A DNA stretch of 64,000 nucleotides from Desulfomonilaceae bacterium (GTDB lineage: Bacteria > Desulfobacterota > Desulfomonilia > Desulfomonilales > Desulfomonilaceae), in the NCBI GenBank assembly GCA_963675835.2, contig CAXXIU010000005.1:481402-545401 (forward strand), in the 5' to 3' direction. The notes below the pieces were generated by a model. It saw only the letters and a program-made list of their open reading frames with translations. It ran no database searches and had not been told where the DNA came from. A program made the translations under genes and the position numbers. Shown here in pieces: positions 11,436 through 21,014 of the stretch (the first letter of the stretch is position 1; each line of letters opens with the position of its first letter).

Positions 11436-12056
11436 TCAGCTCGTCGGCACCACTCCTTGCTCAGGAACAGCATCCTCGCCGCTCTCGGCAAACCGGACCT
11501 TGTCGTAGACATCTCGCAAAACGAGATCGCAGCCGATGGATTCGAGCCTAACCGTCGCATCGAGAGCGCTTGCTTCGGAGAGGATCCACCGGGCGCCTTG
11601 CCGCACGTACGACTCGATCCGGACTCTGGCCTGTGACACGAGAACGTACTCTTGCAATGACTCGAGCCGCCGGTAATGGGCGAATTTCTCCCCGCGATCA
11701 TAGGCTTCGGTCGAGGGAGAGAGAACTTCGACAATCACGGTGGGATTAAGCAGCGTATCAGTATGCTCGTCCTCAAAAAAGATCTCACCGCAGACCGCGA
11801 CGAGATCGGGGTACGTATAGAGTCCCGCAGGGCTCACCCTGACGCGCATATCGCTCACGTAGGCTTCGCAAGGCCGTCCGACCAGCTGCGGGCCCAACCC
11901 GCGAGCGAGGTTAAATACAATCAGGCTGTGTGATCGGCTCGCTCCTGCCAGGGCAATGATCATGCCGTCCACATATTCGCTCTTGTACTCTGCTTTTCGT
12001 TCCAGAGCGAGGTACTCCTCCGCAGTGTAGTGGGGCTGTTGAGAGACAAGCGGCAT
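11436..12056 (-). CDS. Uma2 family (DUF820) putative endonuclease
   Basis: YTAEEYLALERKAEYKSEYVDGMIIALAG...PDLVAVCGE...PTVIVEVLSPSTEAYDRGEKFAHYRRLESLQEYVLV matches the Uma2 restriction-endonuclease-like pattern. Confidence 0.85.
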   Translation of the reverse strand: MPLVSQQPHYTAEEYLALERKAEYKSEYVDGMIIALAGASRSHSLIVFNLARGLGPQLVGRPCEAYVSDMRVRVSPAGLYTYPDLVAVCGEIFFEDEHTDTLLNPTVIVEVLSPSTEAYDRGEKFAHYRRLESLQEYVLVSQARVRIESYVRQGARWILSEASALDATVRLESIGCDLVLRDVYDKVRFAESGEDAVPEQGVVPTS

Positions 12057-12246
12057 GGCTTCCTCCTCGGGAAAAGGTCCTTTTCGCGGCCCTCATGTGC
12101 CGTTGCGACCTGGCGTACCGTTCGAGGGAATACAAATCACTACTAAAGTACTTTACTCAATTCCGAGGTCGCAGCGCAAGGGCTCCTGCCGGGTAGGCGG
12201 GCATTCCCCGGCAGGAGCCTGGGAACGAGAATGAAATACGATCGCG

Positions 12247-12377
12247 AATTTCCCCTTGTCGCCACGGCGGCAACTCGGAACGAGGGATTTCCGGGCACGG
12301 AGGCCCAGGCTATCCCGCGTCCCTCGGGACCGAGTCAACTCTTCAACGTTGGGCGGGCGTCCCGTCATCTTCAAGAG
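12247..12377. repeat. Intergenic repeat family R2, copy C
   Basis: Shares CCGGGCACGGAGGCC and GGGCGGGCGTCCCGTCATCTTCAAG with 22278-22440 and 55508-55955. It lies immediately 3' of the HIT gene stop. Confidence 0.5.
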
Positions 12378-12808
12378 GTGTTTCCGCCTCGGCGATCTCC
12401 CCGCTTCACCAACGACACGAGTTTGCGCCACAAGACGGCGACTCCAACGGCCACTTTGATGAAAAACGTGCCAAGATCGTTGCCGGCAACCAAATGTGCA
12501 TGGAGATGGAAGACGCGCTGCCCTCCCCCACGATTCACATTGATGAAGAAACGATAGCCCGACTCGGCGACGCCCAGATCCCCGGCGATCTTTTGAGCAA
12601 CTTGGCCCAGGCGGCACAACAGAGCGTCTTCTTCGGTGAGATCGTTCAGCGTGGGGATGTGCCTCTTGGGCACAATAAGGATGTGGATGGGAGAGGCGGG
12701 ATTCGAGTCCCGGAACGCCATGGTCAAATCGTCCTCGTAGACTATTTGGGCCGGCAGCTTTCCTTCAATGATCTTGCAGAAAACACAGTCGTTTGCCGAG
12801 TCGGTCAT
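12371..12808 (-). CDS. HIT (histidine triad) family protein with hydrophobic C-terminal tail
   Basis: CVFCKII.G..PA..VYEDD...AF.D..P..P.HILIVPKRHI plus the triad HLHAHLV. The start ATG at 12808 overlaps the upstream paralog's stop. Confidence 0.85.
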   Translation of the reverse strand: MTDSANDCVFCKIIEGKLPAQIVYEDDLTMAFRDSNPASPIHILIVPKRHIPTLNDLTEEDALLCRLGQVAQKIAGDLGVAESGYRFFINVNRGGGQRVFHLHAHLVAGNDLGTFFIKVAVGVAVLWRKLVSLVKRGDRRGGNTS

Positions 12809-13179
12809 TTGCTCGTCCGCCCTCCGGGGTTTCTTCCCATATCGGGATTGCTCCTGGAAACGACGTGGACATGCAGATGAAAGATCACCTGGCCCCCGCC
12901 GTGATTCACATTGATGAGAAACCGGTAGCCGCTTTCCGCAACCCCGAACATCTCGGCGATCTTCGCGGCCGTCTGCCCGCAATGTGAGATAATATCACTG
13001 CCCTCGGGCACGTCGTTGAGCGTTGCGATATGTTCGCGCGGTACTACCAGAATGTGAAGGGGAGCCGCAGGATTAGCATCCCGAAAGGCTACTACGCGAT
13101 CGTCTTCGTATACGATGTCCGCGGGACTCTTGCCGTTCACGATCCTACAAAACACACAGTCATCCTGCATCGGGGCCAT
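12805..13179 (-). CDS. HIT (histidine triad) family protein
   Basis: CVFCRIVNGKSPADIVYEDDRVVAFRDANPAAPLHILVVPREHI and the triad HLHVHVV. Start at MAPMQDD (alternative 13197). Confidence 0.85.
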   Translation of the reverse strand: MAPMQDDCVFCRIVNGKSPADIVYEDDRVVAFRDANPAAPLHILVVPREHIATLNDVPEGSDIISHCGQTAAKIAEMFGVAESGYRFLINVNHGGGQVIFHLHVHVVSRSNPDMGRNPGGRTSK

Positions 13180-13377
13180 TCCATCCTTTCGGTTCATGTA
13201 ATGGTGTACTATTACATGAACCGAATACCTCGTGCACGAAGTTTTCACGGCCCCTTAATGCTTTACAAACATTCGAGGTGCAAAAAGATACGTGATGGAG
13301 GGACACGGTAACTCTGCACGACGGTTATTGAAGGAACGCCGTCGTCCGATTTGATAGCATCCGACAAGGAGTAGGAG

Positions 13378-13749
13378 ATGCCATATTATGTGCATGAAGT
13401 GCCGGGCAGATTGAGAATTAAGATCCCAACCTTGAAAAGAAATGTTGAAGAAGCCCGAAGGATCGAAGCGTTGCTCGGACTGATGCAAGGAGTATCCGCC
13501 GTATCCGTCAATCATATGACGGGAAGCATGTTGATCAATTATGATACGTCCGTTACACATAGTGCCGCAATACTCGGACTGCTGAATCGAAGCGGATATA
13601 TAGACGCGGAAAAGGTAACCCCGAGCGTCAAGAAAATTGACCACGACCTTAAGAAAGTCGGCCGAGCGGCTTCCAAGGCATTGGTAGGTATTGTATTGGA
13701 CCGAGCCCTCCAGGGGAGTCCACTTTCGATTCTGACCGTATTCATCTAA
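13378..13749 (+). CDS. HMA2-type heavy-metal-associated-like domain protein
   Basis: MPYYVHEVPGRLRIKIPTLKRN..A..IE.LL..MQGVSAVSVNHMTGSMLINYD resembles the HMA2 family pattern. AGGAG SD. Confidence 0.6.
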   Translation: MPYYVHEVPGRLRIKIPTLKRNVEEARRIEALLGLMQGVSAVSVNHMTGSMLINYDTSVTHSAAILGLLNRSGYIDAEKVTPSVKKIDHDLKKVGRAASKALVGIVLDRALQGSPLSILTVFI

Positions 13750-14131
13750 CCTTCCATGAATCTATCTCATATCCAATCCGGTTTCTCTGAGAGGCGGCCA
13801 CGAGGTAAGGTCCTCGTACGGCACTCAAAAAACGCCTCTTTCCTGTAGTCTTTTCCTTCTGCATGCAAGTGAAATATGCTGTATAGTGTGACCGAGATAC
13901 CGACGACCGACATGCGATGAAGGGCTCAGGCGTGTCCTGATCTCGATAGATCCATCTCCACCCCAGCCGTAGGAGCCCCCTCAAGAGGATACTTCTGCGC
14001 CGGTGGCGGTCCGCTTTACCGCACGAGAGTTGCAAAGGCGTTTCGTGTGTCACCGAGTCCGAAATCAGGCGGCGGTACCGGTATTAGATGAGTTTACTGA
14101 GGAGACACACGGCTTGCCGGAAGTCATATTC

Positions 14132-15172
14132 GTGTTCAAGAAGATCGTTATCAGGCTTCTTTTTCCGGTTTGCATCGCACTCCTGTTGGGAATCTTAGGG
14201 GTTATCTTCCGACGAAGGAAGAACTGGTCATATGCGTTGTTTACAGCCGGAGTCTCTTGGTTACTGATCTTTTCTTTTCCCGTCACCGGACTGGAACTGA
14301 TTCGGACACTTGAGGCAAAGGCCGGTCCATATGCCGATCCCCTCGTTCTTGCCGGAGACGGCGTGAAATTTATCGTAGTCCTTTCCGGAGGCTTCCGCCA
14401 TGGAAACCTCTCCCCATCCGATCGACTCGACTCATCCGTACTGCGATTGATAGAGGGGATTCGGCTCCGGCGCGCGATACCGACGGCGAAACTCGTGCTC
14501 ACCGGCGGCAAAACGCCGGGCTTGAGCCCTGACATGAGCCTTGCACAAGCGCTCTGTGATATGGCCGTTGAAATGGGAGTGCCCAAGGATGCAATCATCC
14601 TGGAGGCCGCGTCGTGGACTACCGAGGATCAGGCGGCATTCACTCGTCCCATAGTCGGCAAGGAACCGTTTGCCCTTGTAACCTCGGCTTATCACTTGCC
14701 CAGATCGCTCCTCCTGTTCAAGCTTGCCGGATTGCACCCTGTGCCGGCACCGTGCGATTTCTTGGCCCGAAAATACTACTGTGGTTACGAGACTCTTATA
14801 CCTCAGGCATGGGGCCTGATGCTGAGCCAAATCGCAACAAAAGAGTACCTCGCAACGTGGTGGGCCCGGATCAAGGCCGGATTTTCCGGCAACTCGGCGG
14901 AGGATCGAACCGTCGGGAGTAAGACGGCCCCATATGATTCGCGTGATCGTACATCGGCAAAGCCGAATCGAGTCGCTTACGTTTCTTTTTCGGAGACATT
15001 TGAATGGCGAAGAATGACAAACACGATGATGAAGCTGAAAGACGTAGGCTTCAAGAATACATATTCAGTCTTGAAGAGACCCAGGAAAGAGCGAAGATAT
15101 TGTTCGCCGAACACGCGAGACTCAAAGACTCCCACAAGGAGTTCGCGAAACACGTTCCTCTGGGTTTCTTGA
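14132..15172 (+). CDS. YdcF/ElyC (DUF218) family membrane protein
   Basis: N-terminal TM helices, then FIVVLSGG...ILEAASWTTEDQAAF...FALVTSAYHLPRSLLLF, typical of DUF218. The start (GTG 14132) is uncertain. The low-complexity tail overlaps the next gene by 169 nt. Confidence 0.65.
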   Translation: MFKKIVIRLLFPVCIALLLGILGVIFRRRKNWSYALFTAGVSWLLIFSFPVTGLELIRTLEAKAGPYADPLVLAGDGVKFIVVLSGGFRHGNLSPSDRLDSSVLRLIEGIRLRRAIPTAKLVLTGGKTPGLSPDMSLAQALCDMAVEMGVPKDAIILEAASWTTEDQAAFTRPIVGKEPFALVTSAYHLPRSLLLFKLAGLHPVPAPCDFLARKYYCGYETLIPQAWGLMLSQIATKEYLATWWARIKAGFSGNSAEDRTVGSKTAPYDSRDRTSAKPNRVAYVSFSETFEWRRMTNTMMKLKDVGFKNTYSVLKRPRKERRYCSPNTRDSKTPTRSSRNTFLWVS

Positions 15173-17436
15173 CGATTGACAGAGCCGGACGGATCCTGGA
15201 GGTCAATCACACCTTGTTGGAAATCCTTGGCTCTTCGGAAGCCCAAATCGCCGAATCCATCAATGTCCTGGAGCATCCTCCACTGATCGAGGCCGGTGTT
15301 TCCGATCTTCTCAGGCGCTGCATGGAAACAGGCCGGGTGATAAGCGCAGAGGGCCCGTACTCCAGTGAATGGGGGGAATCATTATACTTGAGGGAATTCG
15401 TGATGCCCGTGTTGGACGCGGAAGGTAAGGTCTGTGGATGCCGGGCCGCCGTACAGGATATATCCAACGAGATGCATGCCGAGGAGGCGTTGCGTGAAAG
15501 CGAGGAGCGGTACCGCCTGCTGACGCAGAATTCATTGACGGGCATATTCCTTCTCCAGGACGGAGCTTTCTCCTTTGTGAACGAACGTATGGCACAAATG
15601 TTCGGATACACTCCTAAAGAGATGATAGGGCGGGCATTTGAAGAATTGATTCATCCCGAAGAACGACGGAAATGGCCGGACCGAGATCTTTCGGATTTTC
15701 CGACCGGCGATACCGAACCGGCGTGCGAATTTCGGGGTGTGTGCAAGGACGAGACCACAAAATGGTTCCACGTATTGGCATCGGCAATCCCCTTGGGCCA
15801 CGGCAACGCAGTAATAGGAAATGTTGCGGACATCACGCTGCGCAAGTTGGCTGAACAGGAACTAAAAGAGAGCCGGCAGAAGTACAAAGAGTTATACAAG
15901 GAAGCGAAAAAGAGTGAAGACCTCTACCGTTCCTTGCTTGATGCATCTCCTGATGCGGTGATCGTGTATGACTTGCAGGGACGGGTTCAGTATGCCAACA
16001 ATTCATTCACACGGATTTTTGGATGGACTCTAGACGAGGTTCGATGCAGACGCACGCCGTTCGTTCCCGATTCCGAACGAGAGGCCACACGTTCCGCCAT
16101 TAAGAGCGTTGTTCGGGACGACATTCCCTGTAACAATTTCGAGACGAGAAGGTTCACCAAAGACGGGCGTGTTCTCGACGTTTCAATCAGTGGGTATCGG
16201 TATCACGACCATCAAGGAAATCCTCTCGGAATGCTCGTCGTCATCTCGGACGTCACGGAGCGTAAGCGTCTCGAGGACCAACTTCGGCAGGCGGCAAAGA
16301 TGGAGGCCATCGGGAGACTTGCCGGAGGAATCGCGCATGATTTCAACAATCTCTTAACGGCAATCATCGGGTATGCCAACCTTCTCAAGCAAAGCATACC
16401 GGAAAGGGACGCGAACAGTGCGAAAGTGCTCCAGATCGGCCGAGCTGCCGAGCACGCTGCAGGCCTGACGAGACAGCTTCTTGCGTTCAGCCGAAAGCAG
16501 ATGCTCGAAGTTAAGACCCTGGATCTGAACAAGGTCATCGAGGGTTTTGAGGACGTGCTGCGACGCCTCATCGGTGAGCGGATCGAGTTTGTCACCGTCT
16601 TCCGTTCGCATCTCGGCAAAGTTAACGCCGACCCCGGTCAGATTGAACAAGTATTAATGAATCTGGTGATCAATGCCCGCGATGCAATGCCCGACGGCGG
16701 CACGCTCACGGTAGAGACGGCCAATATGTTCCTGGACGAGCAAGGCGTCCGAAGCCGTTCCGAACTACGGCCCGGACCATATGTCTTGGTTTCCGTTTCC
16801 GACACCGGACTGGGGATGGACTCTCGCACGATTTCACGGGTGTTTGATCCATTCTTCACCACAAAGGACAAGAGTTCGAGCACCGGCTTAGGTCTCTCAA
16901 CGGTGTATGGTATTGTGAAACAGCACGGGGGGCACGTTGAAGTGATATCGGAACCCGGAGCGGGAACGACGTTCCACGTCTACCTGCAAGAAGCGGCGGA
17001 GGTTTTGGAATCGAATGAGGCCGCCGGTCCTCCCCCATCACAACCCAAGGGTACGGAAACGGTACTCGTCGTTGAGGATGAGGACATGGTCAGGGACCTT
17101 GCATGCGAGGTGCTCAAAATCCTCGGATATGAAACGCTCAACGCGAGTAATCCCAGCGATGCGTTGACCGTGTGCGAACGGCACGAGGGAAAGATTCACC
17201 TGCTCCTAACGGACGTGGTGCTCCCACAGATGGACGGCAGGGCCCTCTTCCACCACGTTTCTTCCACGATGCCCGACATCAAAGTACTCTACATGTCCGG
17301 CTACACCGATGACGCCATAGGAGAACACGGCGTATTGGGACGGGATGTGCATTTCTTGCAAAAACCATTCACCCTGGATGTCCTCGCCCAAAAGGTGCGA
17401 GAAGTACTTGACACGCAGGACCATGTACCTATCTGA
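15004..17436 (+). CDS. hybrid sensor histidine kinase (PAS domains, HisKA, HATPase, receiver)
   Basis: Multiple PAS-like segments. H-box GGIAHDFNNLLTAIIGY, N/G boxes (NLVINARDAM, DTGLGM, GLGLSTVYGIV) and a C-terminal receiver (VLVVEDEDMV..LLLTDVVLPQMDG). Confidence 0.9.
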   Translation: MAKNDKHDDEAERRRLQEYIFSLEETQERAKILFAEHARLKDSHKEFAKHVPLGFLTIDRAGRILEVNHTLLEILGSSEAQIAESINVLEHPPLIEAGVSDLLRRCMETGRVISAEGPYSSEWGESLYLREFVMPVLDAEGKVCGCRAAVQDISNEMHAEEALRESEERYRLLTQNSLTGIFLLQDGAFSFVNERMAQMFGYTPKEMIGRAFEELIHPEERRKWPDRDLSDFPTGDTEPACEFRGVCKDETTKWFHVLASAIPLGHGNAVIGNVADITLRKLAEQELKESRQKYKELYKEAKKSEDLYRSLLDASPDAVIVYDLQGRVQYANNSFTRIFGWTLDEVRCRRTPFVPDSEREATRSAIKSVVRDDIPCNNFETRRFTKDGRVLDVSISGYRYHDHQGNPLGMLVVISDVTERKRLEDQLRQAAKMEAIGRLAGGIAHDFNNLLTAIIGYANLLKQSIPERDANSAKVLQIGRAAEHAAGLTRQLLAFSRKQMLEVKTLDLNKVIEGFEDVLRRLIGERIEFVTVFRSHLGKVNADPGQIEQVLMNLVINARDAMPDGGTLTVETANMFLDEQGVRSRSELRPGPYVLVSVSDTGLGMDSRTISRVFDPFFTTKDKSSSTGLGLSTVYGIVKQHGGHVEVISEPGAGTTFHVYLQEAAEVLESNEAAGPPPSQPKGTETVLVVEDEDMVRDLACEVLKILGYETLNASNPSDALTVCERHEGKIHLLLTDVVLPQMDGRALFHHVSSTMPDIKVLYMSGYTDDAIGEHGVLGRDVHFLQKPFTLDVLAQKVREVLDTQDHVPI

Positions 17437-17567
17437 TATCACAGCCGATATCCCCGGATAATCCGTTTCGATGCGATGGCTGTAACAGCGCTTGGCGGGC
17501 ATACGAAACTAAGACGGCCCGACCAAACTGCTTATGTTCGCGCTCATGCCTGGCCGGAGTGTTTCCC

Positions 17568-20500
17568 TTAATCGCACTCTCTCCCCTCAACAGCGGCGAG
17601 CCATCTCTTGAGGCTGCCTTCGAGGATTCTTGCAGCGCGGGACTCATCGAGCAGCAGAGTTTCCGGAATGAAGGAAAGGTCTATGACGTAGATATCGTTC
17701 CATTTGGTCAGGAACGGACAGGCCGTCAGATCTTCGTCACTCAGTTGAGACAGGTAGTAGCAGACTCGATTCATTACTGTCTTGCATCGTTTGACCTTGC
17801 CCCCTTGAAGCGCGTAGTTGTTGCCGAACAGCCTGAAGGGCCCTAAGGCCTGTCCGGGAGAGAATTCGGAAAGATTCTTCAGATCGCGTTTCAGGAAAAA
17901 GAACGGCGCGGTGAGCGCGCAACTGAAGCGATCCCCGACGCGCACCCGAAAGTGATTCGCCATCTCCCTTAACGTCTCGGAGACGTCCATCTCTCGGGGA
18001 TCGAAAATCCACAACCGCTGTTGCCGTTTCAAAGCCGGGAATCGATCCGCAAGCTCTTTTCCCGCGGCCGCAGGGACCAGGAAATACGACCCGTTGGCAT
18101 TCCAGAACTCATCGTCGGGACCAAGCGCGTCCAACTCCCACAACGCTTTCGTGTAGACTACATTGAAATGAGGTTGGTTGGTTTCCGAGAGTTCCGGAAA
18201 GACACTTGCAATCCGGCGGCCATGAGGAATCAGGCTCGTCTCAGTCGCCGTGAGTACCTCATCATTGATCAAGGCAATCTCGGCGGCCTGCGCAATGTGG
18301 TCGACCGCGACAATCTGAAGAATGTGTTTCTCCGCATCAAACGCTTCATGTGGTCCCTTCCATTGGTCGTAATCGAGAACCTGAAGCTCTTGCTTGAGCG
18401 CATCGGACAGCCTTTCGATTCCCTCGGCACCATGAAGATTTTCCTTGGGGATGATCACCGTCTTGCACCCCGCGTCGTACGCGGTTTCCAATTTGACATC
18501 GAGGCCGCTGATTCTCGTGATCCTTCCCTGGGTATCGATTTCACCGGTCATCGCGACATCTCGTCGAATTTTCCGGCCGGAAAGCACTGAAGCCAAGGCG
18601 AGTGCAATGGCCGCTCCCGCGGAAGGGCCGTCCTTAGGCGTGGAGCCCCCCATGAAGTGAAGGTGTATGGGTGCTTCGGCACGCTGAAGATCGATTTGCA
18701 GAGCCTCTGCACAGTGGAGTATGGCGGTTGCCGCAACCTTTCGACTCTCGTCCATGATATGTGCAATGTTTCCCGTTGCATGAACCATGCTCAGGTACCC
18801 CTTGCCATTCCCCGTGCCGTTCCCCGATCGCACCGGGGTGGCTTGAACGGGGATAATCGCCCCTAAGCCTCGTTCCACGTTGACTCCGAGTGCCGTCATT
18901 TCCCCCACCCGGTCTTCTTCATTGATGACCCGAGGACGAGGAGGAGGTTCGAGAAATTCTTTCACTCGTTCCCGGGTAATGGTCACGGGAGGACTGTCCT
19001 GACCCAGGATTTCTTTCCGCATGATCCTAAGAAACAAGGTCCGAATGACCCGCTCCAGTTCCCTCACTCCCGGCTCATGGGTATACGTCTTGATGATGTG
19101 CCTGAGCAGACTCCCTTCTTCACCAGGGTCTATTCCAATGAGGTCTTCCGTGATGGAGTATCGTTTGCGAACCCTATCAATGAGATGCTCACGGGCAATA
19201 CTGACCTTTTCATCAACGCTGTATCGGTCGAGTTGGACAACCTCGCACCGGTTGACCACGGGCGGGGGAACCGTATCAAGGGTGTTGGCCGTGAGGATGA
19301 AGTGGCAGTTGGATAGATCGATGTCTACGGTAGATTGGGTGAATTTGTCGTGAAACAAATGGTTCTGCTCGGGGTCAAGGATCTCCAACAGCGTTGCAAT
19401 GGCGAACTTCTCGGTCTTGTCCGCCTCATCCATGATGAACATTCCGTTGACGACCTCCATCTTGATGAGCCCCTGGACGATGGCACCGGGCTTCGATCCC
19501 TCATAAGTGAAGCCGTGTCCGCGCAGATCGGCTTCATCCCTCATGCCGCCGAGCGACAGTTTGTGATAAGGAATCTCCAGGTTCTCCGCAATGGAAATGG
19601 CCAGCGACGTCTTGCCGACACCCGGAGGGCCGACGAAGAGAAACGCGCTGCCGCTCTTCCTCACATGGACTGCATCTCCTTCCGTGAACTGCTGATACCT
19701 CCAAATGAGGTTGCTGAAAAAGTCACAGATGATTTCTTTGGGTCTCTTGAGCCCATAGTGGGAAAGGTCAAGTCCCTTTTCGAAAGCTTCCGGCGTCACT
19801 CTTATTTTCCGAGTCCTTCCCCACGGTATGGCGAGGAGTGTCTCAATCAGTTCGCTGTACTTGGCGCCGCTGTGGCCCACGGCATTGAGTTTGTTCTTGT
19901 CAATGACCTCCATGACCTGTTGAGGAAACGCGGCATCGTTTCTCGCATCCTCAATTCTGTCCTTGAGGCTCTTGAGCGGAGCGGGAGCAGCGGCGGGCTT
20001 GGAAGGAGTTGCAGACGGCTCGGATCGCTTACTCGGGAAGATCCCTTCGGTCTCATCGGAGAACTCCTTCAGTGCTCTCCGGAACAAATCAAAGAGCTGC
20101 CTGGAGTCCTTGTCTTCCACACTGGTCTCCGGAACGCCCAACTCATGGAGGAGATAGACAAGCCCCCAACGCTCTTTGAATGCGTTCAACACGACTTCGG
20201 CCCGGCCCGCATTGGTGTCGACCAGACGGTCGAATACCTTCAGGAGCTTTCTGAGCGAAGAGGTTCTCTTTATCAGCGAATACGTGGTGTCTCTGCTGCG
20301 TTTGTAACATGTTCCGAGAACCTTGCTCTGGAGTTCCGTATGTAGGTCCGGAAACACCTCTTCGAGGATGTGCAAGGGCAAGTCGGCCAACGTAACGCCG
20401 TAACTGTTAAGGATTTCGCTTACTATTCCGTCATTGGGAGCATCTTGCTCGGCAGCGTCGAAGAGTTCGAGATAGCGTCGGCCTTTGAGTCCGTTCATCT

Positions 20501-21014
20501 CGTCCGACAGGGCGCTTCGCAGCTCCCGGTAAAATGTGGGATCGTCGGCTCGCTTGTCCATGGCGAAGGCCGCGTCGGATTTGACCACATCTCGCTCGGT
20601 GCTGAGAGGATAGAGCATGTGTTCGACCTCGTGACGCAACAGGAACTCGGAAAATGCAAGCATCTTCCTTTCATCCGGCGTGCCGTCGCCCAACCTGGAT
20701 TCCGGTTTGGTGGGGATCACGAACGCGAGATAATCGAATACGCGTTCATGAATGGAAAGAACCCATTTTCCATCCTTATGCGAAATAACGTCCGGACAGC
20801 GGATTCTTTTTCCCGAATCCTCCAGCCGCTCGATTTCCAGACTCTCAGTTACGCGTGATGCTGCTATGGCATCAGTTCCCCTGGTCTTCTTGAAGTACTG
20901 CATTACCCGCCGAAGGACTATTGCCCTGAGAATCGAGGTCACTCTCTTGACATCGTCCTCTGTGGGCCACGGGAGACTTTCCAAAACCGCGTGATCGAAT
21001 TCAAAGGGAAGCAT
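17568..21014 (-). CDS. atypical Lon-family AAA+ serine protease with novel N- and C-terminal domains
   Basis: 1148 aa. LonA-like PWG..HYGL motif, Walker A GPPGVGKT (nt 19608-19631), Walker B FIMDEADK, S16 catalytic Ser in KDGPSAG and Lys in LDVKLETA. GGAGG SD 7 nt upstream of the ATG. Confidence 0.85.
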   Translation of the reverse strand: MLPFEFDHAVLESLPWPTEDDVKRVTSILRAIVLRRVMQYFKKTRGTDAIAASRVTESLEIERLEDSGKRIRCPDVISHKDGKWVLSIHERVFDYLAFVIPTKPESRLGDGTPDERKMLAFSEFLLRHEVEHMLYPLSTERDVVKSDAAFAMDKRADDPTFYRELRSALSDEMNGLKGRRYLELFDAAEQDAPNDGIVSEILNSYGVTLADLPLHILEEVFPDLHTELQSKVLGTCYKRSRDTTYSLIKRTSSLRKLLKVFDRLVDTNAGRAEVVLNAFKERWGLVYLLHELGVPETSVEDKDSRQLFDLFRRALKEFSDETEGIFPSKRSEPSATPSKPAAAPAPLKSLKDRIEDARNDAAFPQQVMEVIDKNKLNAVGHSGAKYSELIETLLAIPWGRTRKIRVTPEAFEKGLDLSHYGLKRPKEIICDFFSNLIWRYQQFTEGDAVHVRKSGSAFLFVGPPGVGKTSLAISIAENLEIPYHKLSLGGMRDEADLRGHGFTYEGSKPGAIVQGLIKMEVVNGMFIMDEADKTEKFAIATLLEILDPEQNHLFHDKFTQSTVDIDLSNCHFILTANTLDTVPPPVVNRCEVVQLDRYSVDEKVSIAREHLIDRVRKRYSITEDLIGIDPGEEGSLLRHIIKTYTHEPGVRELERVIRTLFLRIMRKEILGQDSPPVTITRERVKEFLEPPPRPRVINEEDRVGEMTALGVNVERGLGAIIPVQATPVRSGNGTGNGKGYLSMVHATGNIAHIMDESRKVAATAILHCAEALQIDLQRAEAPIHLHFMGGSTPKDGPSAGAAIALALASVLSGRKIRRDVAMTGEIDTQGRITRISGLDVKLETAYDAGCKTVIIPKENLHGAEGIERLSDALKQELQVLDYDQWKGPHEAFDAEKHILQIVAVDHIAQAAEIALINDEVLTATETSLIPHGRRIASVFPELSETNQPHFNVVYTKALWELDALGPDDEFWNANGSYFLVPAAAGKELADRFPALKRQQRLWIFDPREMDVSETLREMANHFRVRVGDRFSCALTAPFFFLKRDLKNLSEFSPGQALGPFRLFGNNYALQGGKVKRCKTVMNRVCYYLSQLSDEDLTACPFLTKWNDIYVIDLSFIPETLLLDESRAARILEGSLKRWLAAVEGRECD

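Noticed and set aside
19335-20345. 336-aa plus-strand ORF inside the Lon-like gene
   Set aside because: It lies antisense to a gene with clear Walker and S16 motifs, so it is a shadow ORF.
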